64,000 nucleotides of DNA, taken from contig JAVVGL010000004.1 in assembly GCA_032249135.1 (NCBI GenBank), positions 32,001 through 96,000 on the forward strand. The letters run 5' to 3'. The notes under the pieces are model-generated. The model was given only the letters and a program-made list of their open reading frames with translations, was not told the DNA's origin and made no database searches. The DNA is from Candidatus Calescibacterium sp. (GTDB taxonomy: Bacteria > Calescibacteriota > Calescibacteriia > Calescibacteriales > Calescibacteriaceae). Made by a program: the position numbers and the translations under genes. Of the stretch, positions 40,301 to 49,855 are shown one piece after another (the stretch's first letter is position 1; every line of letters begins with the position of its first letter).

Positions 40301-41327
40301 TGGCTCTGATTGGTCTGAAATACTTGGTAATATTTTACCTGTTATCTTGAATGCAGTTGCTGGTGCAAAATTAAGAGTGGCATTTGACCCAGCAGCTCTT
40401 TTGCAGCTCCCAATTGAGCTTAACTTCCCATGGGTCGGTCCGGAGTTCGGAACAACCTTGAACTGGGATCAACCATTTGCAGGAAATCCAAGAGACAATA
40501 TCGGTGATTACTTTGAGATGTTTATACACTGGAGAGGAAGAGTCGGACTTGCTCGTATAGTTAAAATTCTCAAGAGTTTCGGTATAGATATCGTTGATAT
40601 AATTGGTGGAGTTGCTGGACTTTCACCGAAAGCGGTAAATCTCCACCTTGCTGATGGAAATATGAGAAATGGCTTCAAAGTCACACCACCTGAAACATTC
40701 ATAACATATACATCAGATCCACACGCTCTTTATACAAAAATTGAGTTTTCAGCTTGGTCCCCTGATAGTTCAAAGTTCAGATACTCTTGGAGACTTGATG
40801 GCGGAACATGGAACCTCTGGCAAAGAGAAAACTCAGTAGTTCTTACTCACCTACTTGAAGGATGGCATGTATTTGAGGTGAGAGCACAAGATGAAAATAA
40901 ACTGATAGACCCAACTCCTGCAAGGTTTGTATTCAGAATAGACTCTCTCGGACCGGATATAAGACTTACAGCACCTGATATGGTAAGAGGTTCAAAATTC
41001 AAAGCATTCGTAGATGTTCAAGACGCACAAGCGAAAAAATCGGAAACATTGGTGTCATGGAAATTAGATGATGCTGAGTGGAGTGAGTGGGTTCCGGCTT
41101 CTGAGATTACATCAATAGAGATAAACTCTCTTGCAAAAGGTGAGCATATTCTTCACATAAGGGCAAAAGATGATGTAGGAAATATATCAACATATTCACA
41201 CAGGTTCTTTGTAACAGAAAAAGTGGGTGTTCTCGGTTGTTCATCAGCATCAGCAACCGGATTGCTCCCACTTATTGTTATGGTTTTGATTGGATTTGCT
41301 ATCATATCAAGAAGGTTGAGAAAATAA
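37308..41327 (+). CDS. Large Cys-rich cell-surface protein with BPI/LBP(TULIP)-like segments, two Ig-like domains and a MYXO-CTERM-like anchor
   Basis: RBS-supported start MGNKK; signal peptide (ANA|K); PPETFI...YSWRLDGG.W...LLEGWHVFEVRAQD Ig-like domains; C-terminal GCSS-TM-RRLRK. Confidence 0.75.
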   Translation: MGNKKLMCGVLMVVFGFFVALFLTAGSANAKRLQEMHHSITLDTGNPYSAGPKDPIRWGGLPQVAPGFITRTALEKHNLVIRLTQGGLNEIGNLISDILKYDPSVANLINYFAMSFLDRCTDTKVVADFWDSLFEFQEWLTQNYSNNATKYYYYQTVATTACGIFPSSPGFSYGEGTTHCFGNGIYFEYIGGYNPTGTWDEGTNMCKDDGKGLFSMCLPIPLLNDEGAPICVNAVIYGQERNKQPYPPTIFFSGGFYWRPFGKCASDLPGICPTSQGWDNYYFLDRVTGNRLIADYNRNGIRVTLQQNIGTDYPATATCEGDLTEHTSDDRLDIGIELPNFEIALTFTSPFVDSQTRYVDCNWVSGTCQFRDGVTSFPNELSFCFKNRAAVSDNHICDPQYDNGATGYKYDPARVISNYINGRAYIRIPILALRVGIQIKGNFTDFTNYRDWEHMVRGLGINLKALDVVAGVAYDFVPMSASITTPACWSTSWNQVGSVQYCPEYRVSQKFAKTLLWLDAVIRMIAVDTFDVSCISGHTVTQYDTCVAYFLFPGQVFDLKDIIKNLNPIDHPLEEVVYVGPTTYYEHKPNKIFIDFGFTNDFWADSAGIIIAANVGVDIRYVMWNSSATSITYVKRDYSVFNDYVSTCVQFASFVTAATSPIIPIPECQPQTGCPSTVRTVSTCPIVNGGLNPYVFATEWLPQAPAPSTLGEGRYGYSITNYYVGIGIHHNLISRVLFEAIGDGLACIWVDKYTPMLGGFAGGFLKTDSFGFFMPQLKEKYPGKDMAIEIIPNYKDPGNPSGNSGGAASYNTPLSVVAYAKTGGPTFRPVLSVYSSNSTRVNFWSEFLANATYGSSFTMFVQPSTWFDTADLMIDIPYLDLSFNVVTTGTITDPMASQTWMRIFGLTVGLMLSVDIDIVPCVSPDCARTVEFPPYESIDFSQPLTSVLRDYYTGQYLNETTNYFPYGGTFARVIDLTLYVDPDVRYFIAYNTNALGLSGSDWSEILGNILPVILNAVAGAKLRVAFDPAALLQLPIELNFPWVGPEFGTTLNWDQPFAGNPRDNIGDYFEMFIHWRGRVGLARIVKILKSFGIDIVDIIGGVAGLSPKAVNLHLADGNMRNGFKVTPPETFITYTSDPHALYTKIEFSAWSPDSSKFRYSWRLDGGTWNLWQRENSVVLTHLLEGWHVFEVRAQDENKLIDPTPARFVFRIDSLGPDIRLTAPDMVRGSKFKAFVDVQDAQAKKSETLVSWKLDDAEWSEWVPASEITSIEINSLAKGEHILHIRAKDDVGNISTYSHRFFVTEKVGVLGCSSASATGLLPLIVMVLIGFAIISRRLRK

Positions 41328-41335
41328 TAACAAAG

Positions 41336-41384
41336 AAGGGGGACCTTTAAAAATCTGGAGATCCGGTCCCCCTTTTCTTTTTTC
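41336..41384 (+). terminator. Rho-independent terminator
   Basis: AAGGGGGACC (41336-41345) pairs with GGTCCCCCTT (41365-41374), followed by a T-rich tract. Confidence 0.75.
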
Positions 41385-41493
41385 TCCTGTAATTTTTTCA
41401 ACATTTTATCAATTGAGATTTTTTCTTTCTCTCAAAAAATATTACCTGAATTTAAACAAAAAGACGTAAAAGTGTTTTATTTTTATTTTTTTA

Positions 41494-42816
41494 TTGATGC
41501 AAATACCAAATTTAGGGAAGACTTTTAGGGGAAAAATTAGGGTCAAAGGAGATAAATCAATATCTCACAGAGTTCTTATTCTCTCCGGTTTATCAGAAGG
41601 TATTACGAAAATATATAATTTGAGCTCCGCTGATGATGTAAAAAGAACTGCAAATATCCTCTCAGAGCTCGGAGTCAAAATAAAAGAGAAAGATGGTCAA
41701 AATTATGTTAATGTTGAAGGCAAGGGGTTATACCTCAATTTTCCTCAATCTGTATTATATGCTGGTAATTCTGGAACAACGGCGAGAATTTTTTCAGCTA
41801 TTTTATCTGCTCAGAAATTTCCTTCTGTTTTAGATGGTGATGAAAGTTTGAGAAAAAGACCTATGAAAAGAGTTGTGGAACCTCTCAGGAAACTTGGGGC
41901 AAAAATATGGGGGAAAAATAATGGTGATAACTTGCCTTTGATTTTTGATGGCGCTGGAAAATTTAGGGGTGGGAAAAATTTTCTTTTATCTGTTCCAAGT
42001 GCTCAGGTTAAAACAGCTCTTTTAATTGCTAACTTTTGGAGCGATGAGCCTATAAAGGTAAAAGAACCTTCATCTTCACGAGATCATACAGAAAGAATTC
42101 TACCAATTTTTTCTGTTGATGTGAAAAAAGATGAAGATGGATTTATTTTTTGCGAAGGCAAACCCATATCTCCCGGATTTTTTAATGTCCCTGGAGATAT
42201 TTCTTCTGCCTCTTTTCTTTTGGCTCTCGGAATTTTGGGTAAAAATTCTGAGGTTGAAGTCTATGATGTTTTGTTAAATCCTACAAGAATAGGATTTATT
42301 CAAGCTCTAAAATCTATGGGAGGTGATATTGAGTTTTGGGTTGAAAGAGAGGAGGGAGGGGAGCCAGTTGGTAAAGTTGTTGCAAAATCATCTTTTTTGA
42401 AGGCCCAAGAGTTCAAGGGAGAAATAATTCCGCTTATGATAGACGAAATTCCTATTCTTTCTTTTATCGCTATTTTCTCTGAGGGAGTTTTTTGTGTAAG
42501 AGATGCAAAAGAGCTCAGGGTGAAAGAAACAGATAGAATTCATGCGATATGTCATAATTTGAGGGCTTTGGGAATTGATGTTGAAGAATATGAGGATGGT
42601 TTTTCATTTGAAGGTCTTGGCAAAGATGCTGAAAAAAAATTGAAGAATGACTATTATCTCAAATCATTTGGGGACCACAGAATAGCTATGTCTATTTTTG
42701 TTTTAGGATGTGTTATTGAAGGTAGGATTTTCGTTGATGATGATATAAAATCGGTTGTTTCTGTTTCATATCCTGAATTTTTCTCAGATGTCCAAAAACT
42801 TTTGGTTAAATTGTAA
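41494..42816 (+). CDS. aroA: EPSP synthase
   Basis: GDKSISHR, GNSGTT, LRKRPM, SAQVK, RDHTER, IDEIP, ELRVKETDR, GDHRIAM. Confidence 0.97.
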   Translation: MMQIPNLGKTFRGKIRVKGDKSISHRVLILSGLSEGITKIYNLSSADDVKRTANILSELGVKIKEKDGQNYVNVEGKGLYLNFPQSVLYAGNSGTTARIFSAILSAQKFPSVLDGDESLRKRPMKRVVEPLRKLGAKIWGKNNGDNLPLIFDGAGKFRGGKNFLLSVPSAQVKTALLIANFWSDEPIKVKEPSSSRDHTERILPIFSVDVKKDEDGFIFCEGKPISPGFFNVPGDISSASFLLALGILGKNSEVEVYDVLLNPTRIGFIQALKSMGGDIEFWVEREEGGEPVGKVVAKSSFLKAQEFKGEIIPLMIDEIPILSFIAIFSEGVFCVRDAKELRVKETDRIHAICHNLRALGIDVEEYEDGFSFEGLGKDAEKKLKNDYYLKSFGDHRIAMSIFVLGCVIEGRIFVDDDIKSVVSVSYPEFFSDVQKLLVKL

Positions 42817-42826
42817 ATCTTTCAGG

Positions 42827-44722
42827 TCAAATAAGTCTTCTTGAATCTATTCCTCCATCTTCAAGGAACTTTAATATTGAATATATATCTACTACAAGGA
42901 TTGGTTCCCCATCAGCTGATATTGTTGCTCCTGCGATACCTGTTGCTTTTTTTATCCCACTTATTGTTTTTACTGCTACCTCCTCCGATGATATTACTGA
43001 GTCCACAAGAATTCCTAATTTTTTTTCCGCTACTCCTACTACTATGAGGTGATACATATCAAGATTGTTTGAACCTATACCAAGAACTTTTCCTAAATAT
43101 ACGGCAGGGAGCAGATATTCTCTCCAATTTATAACAGGTTGCCCGCTTGCATACTTTATTTCGTTTTTTGATATTCTGCTTATTTCTATTACAGATGAAA
43201 GTGGGATGAAAAATTGGTTCCCATTGCAAGATACTTTTAGAGTATTCATGATTCCAACTGTTAGAGGTAGTTTCATAGTTATTTTTGTTCCTAAACCGAC
43301 TTCTGTTTCTATGTCAAGAGTTCCTTTCAGCTGAACTACTTTTGCTTTTACAACATCCATACCAACACCTCTTCCTGATACTTCCGTTGCGACATCTTTT
43401 GACGAAAATCCCGGAAGGAAAATGAGGTTTATAATTTCTTTTTCTGACATTGAATTTGCCTGCTCTTCTGTTATGAAGCCTTTTTCTATTGCTTTTTTTC
43501 TTATGATTTCTGGATCTATTCCTCTACCATCGTCTTGAACTTCTATGACTACATTTTCCCCCTCATAATACGCTCTGAGAATTATTTTCCCTTCCGGCGG
43601 TTTCCCAAGAGCTATTCTTTCTTCTGGTTTTTCTATGCCGTGGTCTATTGCGTTTCTTATGAGGTGAATTAGAGGTTCTTCTATTTCATCTACGATGTTT
43701 CTATCAAGTTCTGTTTCCTCTCCTTCTGTTATGAGTTCAACTTTTTTCCCAAACTGTTTTGCGATGTTCCTGACTGTTCCAGGAAACTTAGCAAATATTG
43801 TTTTTATGGGTATCATTCTCATCTTCATTACTGAAAACCTGAGCATAGAGATTATTTTATCTATATTAGCTACAATCTCAGATGCTCTTATTACATCTTC
43901 ATCTTTTGGATATTTTTCTTCTATTTTTGGAAAGATATTGAGTAGAAAATTTCTCTCTAATATTAGTTCTTCCGACAAAGCCATAACATCGTCTACTTTT
44001 TTTGTGGATATTCTTATTGTCTCATAAGCGAATTTTTTTCTTCTCTTCTCTTCTTCTTTTTTCTCCTCATCTTCTTTTATTTCTTTTTCTTCTTTCATTT
44101 TTGCTGCTGCTATTATATCTTCTCTTATTATACCTTCTTTTGTTTCTGCGTATTTTGTTCTGACCTGCTCAATTTGTATTTCCTTCAATTTTTCTTGCTT
44201 TTTTTCTTCTTTCTCTAATTTTCTATCCTCCCTTCCCGCTACTCCCTCCTTTTCTCTTATTTCCTCTTTTTTTTCTTCTGTTTGAGGTATAATTTCTCCC
44301 TGGAGTTTTTCTAATATTTTCTGGATTTTCTTTATCTCAGTATCTATTTCAATATCTCCTTCTTCTCCAGTGAGAGCTATGTTATCTGTGAGAATTTTGA
44401 GTTTTTCAAGTGCATCAAATAGTACATTAATTATGTCTTCCGTGACCGGGATTTTTTCATCTCTTATCTTTGCTATTAAGTTTTCTGTTTTGTGCGAAAG
44501 TTCAACGGTTTTATTTAAACCTAAAAACCCAGCTGCACCTTTTACTGTGTGCCAATCTCTGAAAAGTTCTCTTACAAGTTCAGCCTCATCCCCCTCTTTC
44601 TTTTCTATCGCAAAAAGTTTTCTTTCTATTTCCGGAATTCTTTCTTTCGTTTCTGCTATATATTGAGAAATATACTCTTTCAGAGATTCTTCCCACCCCT
44701 CAAATTTTTCCTCTTCTCCCAT
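42827..44722 (-). CDS. cheA: Chemotaxis histidine kinase CheA (no P2 domain)
   Basis: HPt FRDWHTVKG, dimerisation domain, HLIRNAIDHGIE, DDGRG, SGRGVGMDVV, C-terminal CheW domain. Confidence 0.95.
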   Translation of the reverse strand: MGEEEKFEGWEESLKEYISQYIAETKERIPEIERKLFAIEKKEGDEAELVRELFRDWHTVKGAAGFLGLNKTVELSHKTENLIAKIRDEKIPVTEDIINVLFDALEKLKILTDNIALTGEEGDIEIDTEIKKIQKILEKLQGEIIPQTEEKKEEIREKEGVAGREDRKLEKEEKKQEKLKEIQIEQVRTKYAETKEGIIREDIIAAAKMKEEKEIKEDEEKKEEEKRRKKFAYETIRISTKKVDDVMALSEELILERNFLLNIFPKIEEKYPKDEDVIRASEIVANIDKIISMLRFSVMKMRMIPIKTIFAKFPGTVRNIAKQFGKKVELITEGEETELDRNIVDEIEEPLIHLIRNAIDHGIEKPEERIALGKPPEGKIILRAYYEGENVVIEVQDDGRGIDPEIIRKKAIEKGFITEEQANSMSEKEIINLIFLPGFSSKDVATEVSGRGVGMDVVKAKVVQLKGTLDIETEVGLGTKITMKLPLTVGIMNTLKVSCNGNQFFIPLSSVIEISRISKNEIKYASGQPVINWREYLLPAVYLGKVLGIGSNNLDMYHLIVVGVAEKKLGILVDSVISSEEVAVKTISGIKKATGIAGATISADGEPILVVDIYSILKFLEDGGIDSRRLI

Positions 44723-44802
44723 ATATAAAAATTTTAATATAATTTCTTTCGGATGACAAACTTTTTTACTCAGTTTGGAAATGATTTTATTTTTGACTGC
44801 AA

Positions 44803-45084
44803 TTACTCACGCTTCCCGCCAGCGATTGCCGGAATGATAGATATTTCATCTCCATTTTTGAGGTCAGTATCAAGTCCTTTGAGAAATCTTATATCTTCAT
44901 TATTCAAATAAATGTTTATAAACCTTCTCACCTCTCCATTTTCATCAAGGATTCTTGCCTTTATTTCTGGGTTTATCTGTCCGAGTTTTTCAATTACTTC
45001 CCTTATTGTTTTTGCTTCAACTTCTAACTCGCCTTTTCCACCTACAAGTTTTCTTAGGGGACCTGGTATTTTTACTTTGACCAT
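44803..45084 (-). CDS. MoaD/ThiS/CysO-like ubiquitin-fold sulfur carrier
   Basis: VKIPGPLR, FINIYLNNEDIRFL, IIPAIAGG followed by KRE. Confidence 0.88.
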   Translation of the reverse strand: MVKVKIPGPLRKLVGGKGELEVEAKTIREVIEKLGQINPEIKARILDENGEVRRFINIYLNNEDIRFLKGLDTDLKNGDEISIIPAIAGGKRE

Positions 45085-45155
45085 CTCTTTAACCCTCCTA
45101 TCTACAAAAACTTTATTTTTAAATTCTATTTTTTTATTTTGTTTTTTTCAAATTT

Positions 45156-46334
45156 TTATATTTGTTGGTATCCAAAAATTTTCCTTATGAATTCTTTTCC
45201 TCTTGATATTTCTAACATTCTTATTAATGGTATCCTTGCTTTTTCTATTATTTCTTCTGGAACTTCTATTTTGTATTTTAGTTCTTTTAGGGACTCCAAA
45301 ACATCTTGGATTCTTATTGATTTCATATTTACACAAGTTTTCGGACTGCCTACTGAAAGTATTTGTTTATCTGGGTTTTCTCTTCTTATTCTTTCTACAA
45401 GTCCTTCTTCTGTTGCGAAAGCTATTTTTTTGTGAGGTGATTCTCTTGCGAATCTTACCATACCACCTGTTGAGAAAACTTCATCTGCAAGGTCTATAAC
45501 TTCTGGAGAGCATTCCGGATGAACAACCACAACTGCATCAGGATGTTTTTCCCTCAATCTTATTATGTCTTCGGGTTTGAACCTGTGATGAACATTACAC
45601 CAACCATCCCAAGGTATTATTTTTTGGTTTGTAAATCTTTGTATATATAATCCGAGGTTTCTGTCTGGTATAAAAAGAACCTCTGGAGCATTTAAAGATT
45701 TTACTATTGAGACCGCATTTGCTGATGTGCAGCATATATCGCTTTCTGCTTTTACTTCTGCATCTGTGTTGATGTAGCATACAACGGGTCTTCCTGGGTA
45801 CTTTTCTTTGAATTTTCTAAGAGCAGATATATTTATCATGTCTGCCATAAAGCATCCTGCTTCAAGGCGGGGTAAAAGTACGGTTTTTTCTGGGGATACA
45901 ACTTTTACACCTTCTGCCATAAAATGCACTCCACAAAATACTATAAGTTTATGGGGACTTTCTGCTGCTTTTATTGCAAGTTCAAGGGAATCTCCGACAA
46001 AATCTGCTATTTCTTGAATTTCAGGGAGCATGTAGTTGTGAGCCAAAATTAAAGCTTCTTTTTCTTTTTTGAGCTTTATTATTTCTTCTTGAATCTCTTT
46101 TATGTTTAAATCTTTTTCTTGTTTCACCTTTATAAAAAGTGGTGAAAGTTTTTTCCATTTTTCTGCATATCCTTTTGACTTAAAGATCTCTCTTGCATAT
46201 TCTACTCTTTCTTTTTCAAGCAAGGGTTTGTATTCATGAATTTGACTTTGGTCCTGTGTTTTACCGTTTACTTTTTCATAGTTTTCTTTCTCTTTGTTGT
46301 TAGTCCTATTATTTTTTTTAATTTCATCTTCCAT
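45156..46334 (-). CDS. nadA: Quinolinate synthase
   Basis: LAHNY, GDSL, CGVHFMAE, AGCFMAD, YINT, CTSANA, HPEC, CVNMK. Confidence 0.96.
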   Translation of the reverse strand: MEDEIKKNNRTNNKEKENYEKVNGKTQDQSQIHEYKPLLEKERVEYAREIFKSKGYAEKWKKLSPLFIKVKQEKDLNIKEIQEEIIKLKKEKEALILAHNYMLPEIQEIADFVGDSLELAIKAAESPHKLIVFCGVHFMAEGVKVVSPEKTVLLPRLEAGCFMADMINISALRKFKEKYPGRPVVCYINTDAEVKAESDICCTSANAVSIVKSLNAPEVLFIPDRNLGLYIQRFTNQKIIPWDGWCNVHHRFKPEDIIRLREKHPDAVVVVHPECSPEVIDLADEVFSTGGMVRFARESPHKKIAFATEEGLVERIRRENPDKQILSVGSPKTCVNMKSIRIQDVLESLKELKYKIEVPEEIIEKARIPLIRMLEISRGKEFIRKIFGYQQI

Positions 46335-46386
46335 ATTCTTATAATTTATTACTTTTTTATTTGATTTTTGCTTTTTTCTGCCAGTT

Positions 46387-47402
46387 CTACTTTCTCTCTA
46401 AAGACAAGAAATTTACGAGAAAAAACAGCAAGATTGAAAGAAAATTTGCCACTAAAAATGTAGGAAATATTGTTTTACCATAGGAAATAAATCTTGCGAT
46501 AAGGCTTGCTTCAAATAAAATAAATGCGATGTAATTAGGGATTTTGAGGAATTTTATAGTTGTCTTTAAGATAGATGGGAGTATCATTCTTGCATGAGCA
46601 AAGACCATGCTGAATACGAAACCCAAAAGCAAAGAATGAATTCTCAAATCGTAATTTATGTTTGGTATTATAAAAGATAAACCATAAATTATGAGCCAGA
46701 TGTAACCTGCCAATATACAATATGCTGTAAATCTGAAAGGTTCGGTTTTCCTCAGATTTATTAGGGCTATATCGGTGATGATGAAAATACATGAAAGTCC
46801 AACTAATATTATGCCTTTTAATGGATAAAATTTTTGGAGGAAAGGTAGCAAAAGTATTGAGGAAAAAATCAGATATTTTGATATTTTACTTATTTTTTTG
46901 AAGTTTTTTATTAATTCATACCTTTCTCCTAAAATAGTGAAGATGAAAAACAAACTCCAAAAATCAATAGCAAGCAATCTGTTTTTTTCGTACAGCTCAA
47001 AACCGAGTATATAAAAAATAGCCGATAAACCTAAAATTAAAAACTCTTCTTTCTTGAACCTCAAAAGGAAATACAAATATACTGCAAAGAGTATTAAACC
47101 ACCTGAATAAAAAAATATCAGGGAGATTTTTGGATTGAGAATTATAAACGGAACTCCCAAAGCATTTACGAGTATGAGAAAGTTCAATTTTTCATTTCTC
47201 AGGCTAACTATTCTCTCTGCCGTTATAAGTGTCCCAAAAATCCTCCTATCATAAAATACTGATGAAAAAAGGAAAGCTTATTTATAAATCCCAATTCTAA
47301 TCCTCCTCCTCTTGCGATGCCTGAAAGGGAACCTATAATGAATGAAAGAAAACCAAAAAACATGGAAACACGTACGAATATTTGCCAATTTATTTTTTGC
47401 AT
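46387..47402 (-). pseudogene. NnrS-like membrane protein, split by a 1-nt frameshift
   Basis: ATG 47402 gives MQKINWQ...HQYFMIGG, which joins FFGTLITAERIVSL and ORF 46387-47187 (YDLRIHSLLLGFVFSMVFAHA) if one base is added at 47233-47240. Confidence 0.65.
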
Positions 47403-47596
47403 AATTTTTATAGTAAAAAATTGATTTTGATTTATCTTTTGCCTTCTTTTTGCTGGTAAATTATCTTATGACAGATTGTCTTGTGGTAGATTTATCATTT
47501 GCAGAAAAAATTTTTGAATTTTTGTTCAAATTCAAGCGAAGATTAATCTTATACAATTTGTTATTTGATGAATTCTGAGATGGAGGTAGATAAAAA

Positions 47597-47815
47597 ATGA
47601 GCGACAAAATAATTCCTGCTCCGATAACAGCGAATGTATGGAAGGTACTTGTAAGCGAGGGGTCGGAAGTTTCAGAGGGTGATACTATTGTAATTCTTGA
47701 ATCCATGAAGATGGAAATTCCAGTTGAATCTCCTTACTCTGGGCGAATAAAAAAGCTTTATGTGCAAGAAGGGGGATCAGTTGTAGAGGGGGAACCAATA
47801 GCTGAATTAGAATGA
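47597..47815 (+). CDS. Stand-alone biotin/lipoyl carrier protein
   Basis: ILESMKMEIPV motif; GGAGGT RBS. Confidence 0.9.
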   Translation: MSDKIIPAPITANVWKVLVSEGSEVSEGDTIVILESMKMEIPVESPYSGRIKKLYVQEGGSVVEGEPIAELE

Positions 47816-47851
47816 ATAAAAGTGAAAATAAAAAAGATTTCATAAATAAAG

Positions 47852-48706
47852 TTAAACGGATTTTGACAGGAAGAAAGCTTTCAAAGTATTTCTCATAAGT
47901 TCTGCGACAGTTATTATTCCAACTCCACCGGGAACTGGTGTAATGATTGATGCTCTTTCCTTGGCTAAATCATATTCTACATCTCCAAAAACTTTTCCAT
48001 TTACAACTCTTGTCCCTATATCTATAACTACTGCTCCAGGTTTTATCCAGTTCCCTTTTATTATTCCAGGGACGCCAGCGGCGGATACAACTATATCTGC
48101 GGACCTTACTAATTCCTCTAAATTTTTTATATCTGTCGCTTTATGACAAACTGATACTGTTGCTCCCATATTCAGTAGCACTGCCGCACAGGGTTTTCCA
48201 ACGAGGTCAGATGAACCGACAACAACCGCTCTCTTTCCAGAAACCTCTACACCGTATATTTCAAGGATATCAATCATAGATTTGCATGCGCAGGGAATAA
48301 ATCTTGCTGTGGTATGATCTTTCATAACTTTTCCTAAATTTTCAGAGGTGAGACAGTCAACATCTTTTAAGGGAGATATCAGGTCAATTATTTCCTTCCT
48401 TATGTGAGGTGGTAATGGAAGTTGAATTATAAAGCCTGTGCAGTCAGATTTATTTAGCTCGTTAATTTTCAAGATAAGGTCCTGTTCTGTTATGTCTTGT
48501 GGTAGATAAATTTCCTCAATCTCTATTCCGCAAAATTGGGCATATTTTTTTTTGTTTCTTATGAAAAGCTCCATCTCATTATCTTTGCCTATTGCAACTA
48601 TTGATAGTTTTATTTTGTATCCCATACTTTTAATCCTTGATACCTCATCCCTTACGCTACTGAAGATTTCTTCCGCTATCTTCTTACCATCAACTTCACG
48701 AGCCAT
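47852..48706 (-). CDS. folD: Methylene-THF dehydrogenase/cyclohydrolase
   Basis: IQLPLP, KDVD, VGKP, VIDIG, GDV, TPVPGGVG. Confidence 0.95.
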   Translation of the reverse strand: MAREVDGKKIAEEIFSSVRDEVSRIKSMGYKIKLSIVAIGKDNEMELFIRNKKKYAQFCGIEIEEIYLPQDITEQDLILKINELNKSDCTGFIIQLPLPPHIRKEIIDLISPLKDVDCLTSENLGKVMKDHTTARFIPCACKSMIDILEIYGVEVSGKRAVVVGSSDLVGKPCAAVLLNMGATVSVCHKATDIKNLEELVRSADIVVSAAGVPGIIKGNWIKPGAVVIDIGTRVVNGKVFGDVEYDLAKERASIITPVPGGVGIITVAELMRNTLKAFFLSKSV

Positions 48707-48733
48707 AGTGAAAAGCTGAAAGAAATTTTATAT

Positions 48734-49837
48734 ATGAGGAAAATTTTTCAGATTTTACTAAATTTTATGATTACCTACAGACAATTGAGGTTGATTAAGG
48801 TGGTGAAAAGAATTCCTACAAAAGACAAAGAGATAGAATGGGAAGAAGATATGGAGGAAAAAAGAGAAAAAATTCTAATTTCAATTGTAATTCCTGTATA
48901 TAATGAGAAAGATAATATTGAAGAGCTCCACAAAGAAATATCGGATGTTATAGATAAAATGGAAAATTTTGATTTTGAAATAATATATGTTGATGATGGC
49001 TCCAATGATGGTAGCTATGAGGTTCTAAAAAAAGTAGCCCTTTCAGACAGCAGAGTTAAAGTTATAAGGTTCAAAAAGAATTTTGGGCAAACAATAGCAA
49101 TAAGGGCTGGATTTGACTTTGCAAAAGGAGTTATAATAATAACTATGGATTCAGATAGGCAAAATGATCCGAAAGATATACCCCGTCTTATAGAGAAGCT
49201 CATTAATGAAAATCTTGATATAGTTTCTGGTTGGAGAAAAGAAAGAAAAGATAAATTTGTAAGGGTTTTTTTCTCAAATATTGCTAATAAAATAATATCT
49301 ATTATTTCGGGTGTGAAACTTCATGACTATGGGTGTACTCTTAAAGCATATAGGAAAGAGATTGTTAAAAATCTTGAACTTTTTGGTGATATGCATAGGT
49401 TTATTCCAGCTTTTGCATCTTTTTATGGTGCGAGGGTAGGGGAGTTAGTAGTAAATCATAGACCAAGATTGAAAGGTAAATCAAAATATGGACTTATCTC
49501 TCGGGTTTTCAAGACAATTATAGACATGGTGTTTTTGAAGTTCTTTTTATCATTCCAGACAAGACCTATGAGGTTTTTTGGATATATAGGAATTTCTGTT
49601 ATCTCGGTTGGTGTGATAATTTCTTTTTTTGTACTGTATCAAAAATATTTTCTAGGTGTGTGGGTTCATAGGAACCCTCTTTTCATAATATCTATATTCT
49701 TTGTGATATCAGGACTGCATTTTATTATGACCGGAATTATAGCTGAAATATTAATAAGAGTTTATTTTTCATCAGATCAGGGGAGAAAACCGTACTTTAT
49801 TCAAGAGATTTTAGAATCAGAGGAAGTGCAGAAATAA
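48734..49837 (+). CDS. GT2 polyprenyl-phosphate glycosyltransferase (ArnC/GtrB-like; likely start ~48851)
   Basis: SIVIPVYNE, VDDGS, NFGQ, MDSD, HDYGCTLKAY, HRFIP, two C-terminal TM helices. Confidence 0.9.
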   Translation: MRKIFQILLNFMITYRQLRLIKVVKRIPTKDKEIEWEEDMEEKREKILISIVIPVYNEKDNIEELHKEISDVIDKMENFDFEIIYVDDGSNDGSYEVLKKVALSDSRVKVIRFKKNFGQTIAIRAGFDFAKGVIIITMDSDRQNDPKDIPRLIEKLINENLDIVSGWRKERKDKFVRVFFSNIANKIISIISGVKLHDYGCTLKAYRKEIVKNLELFGDMHRFIPAFASFYGARVGELVVNHRPRLKGKSKYGLISRVFKTIIDMVFLKFFLSFQTRPMRFFGYIGISVISVGVIISFFVLYQKYFLGVWVHRNPLFIISIFFVISGLHFIMTGIIAEILIRVYFSSDQGRKPYFIQEILESEEVQK

Positions 49838-49855
49838 CTTGATTAATAAATTCTT

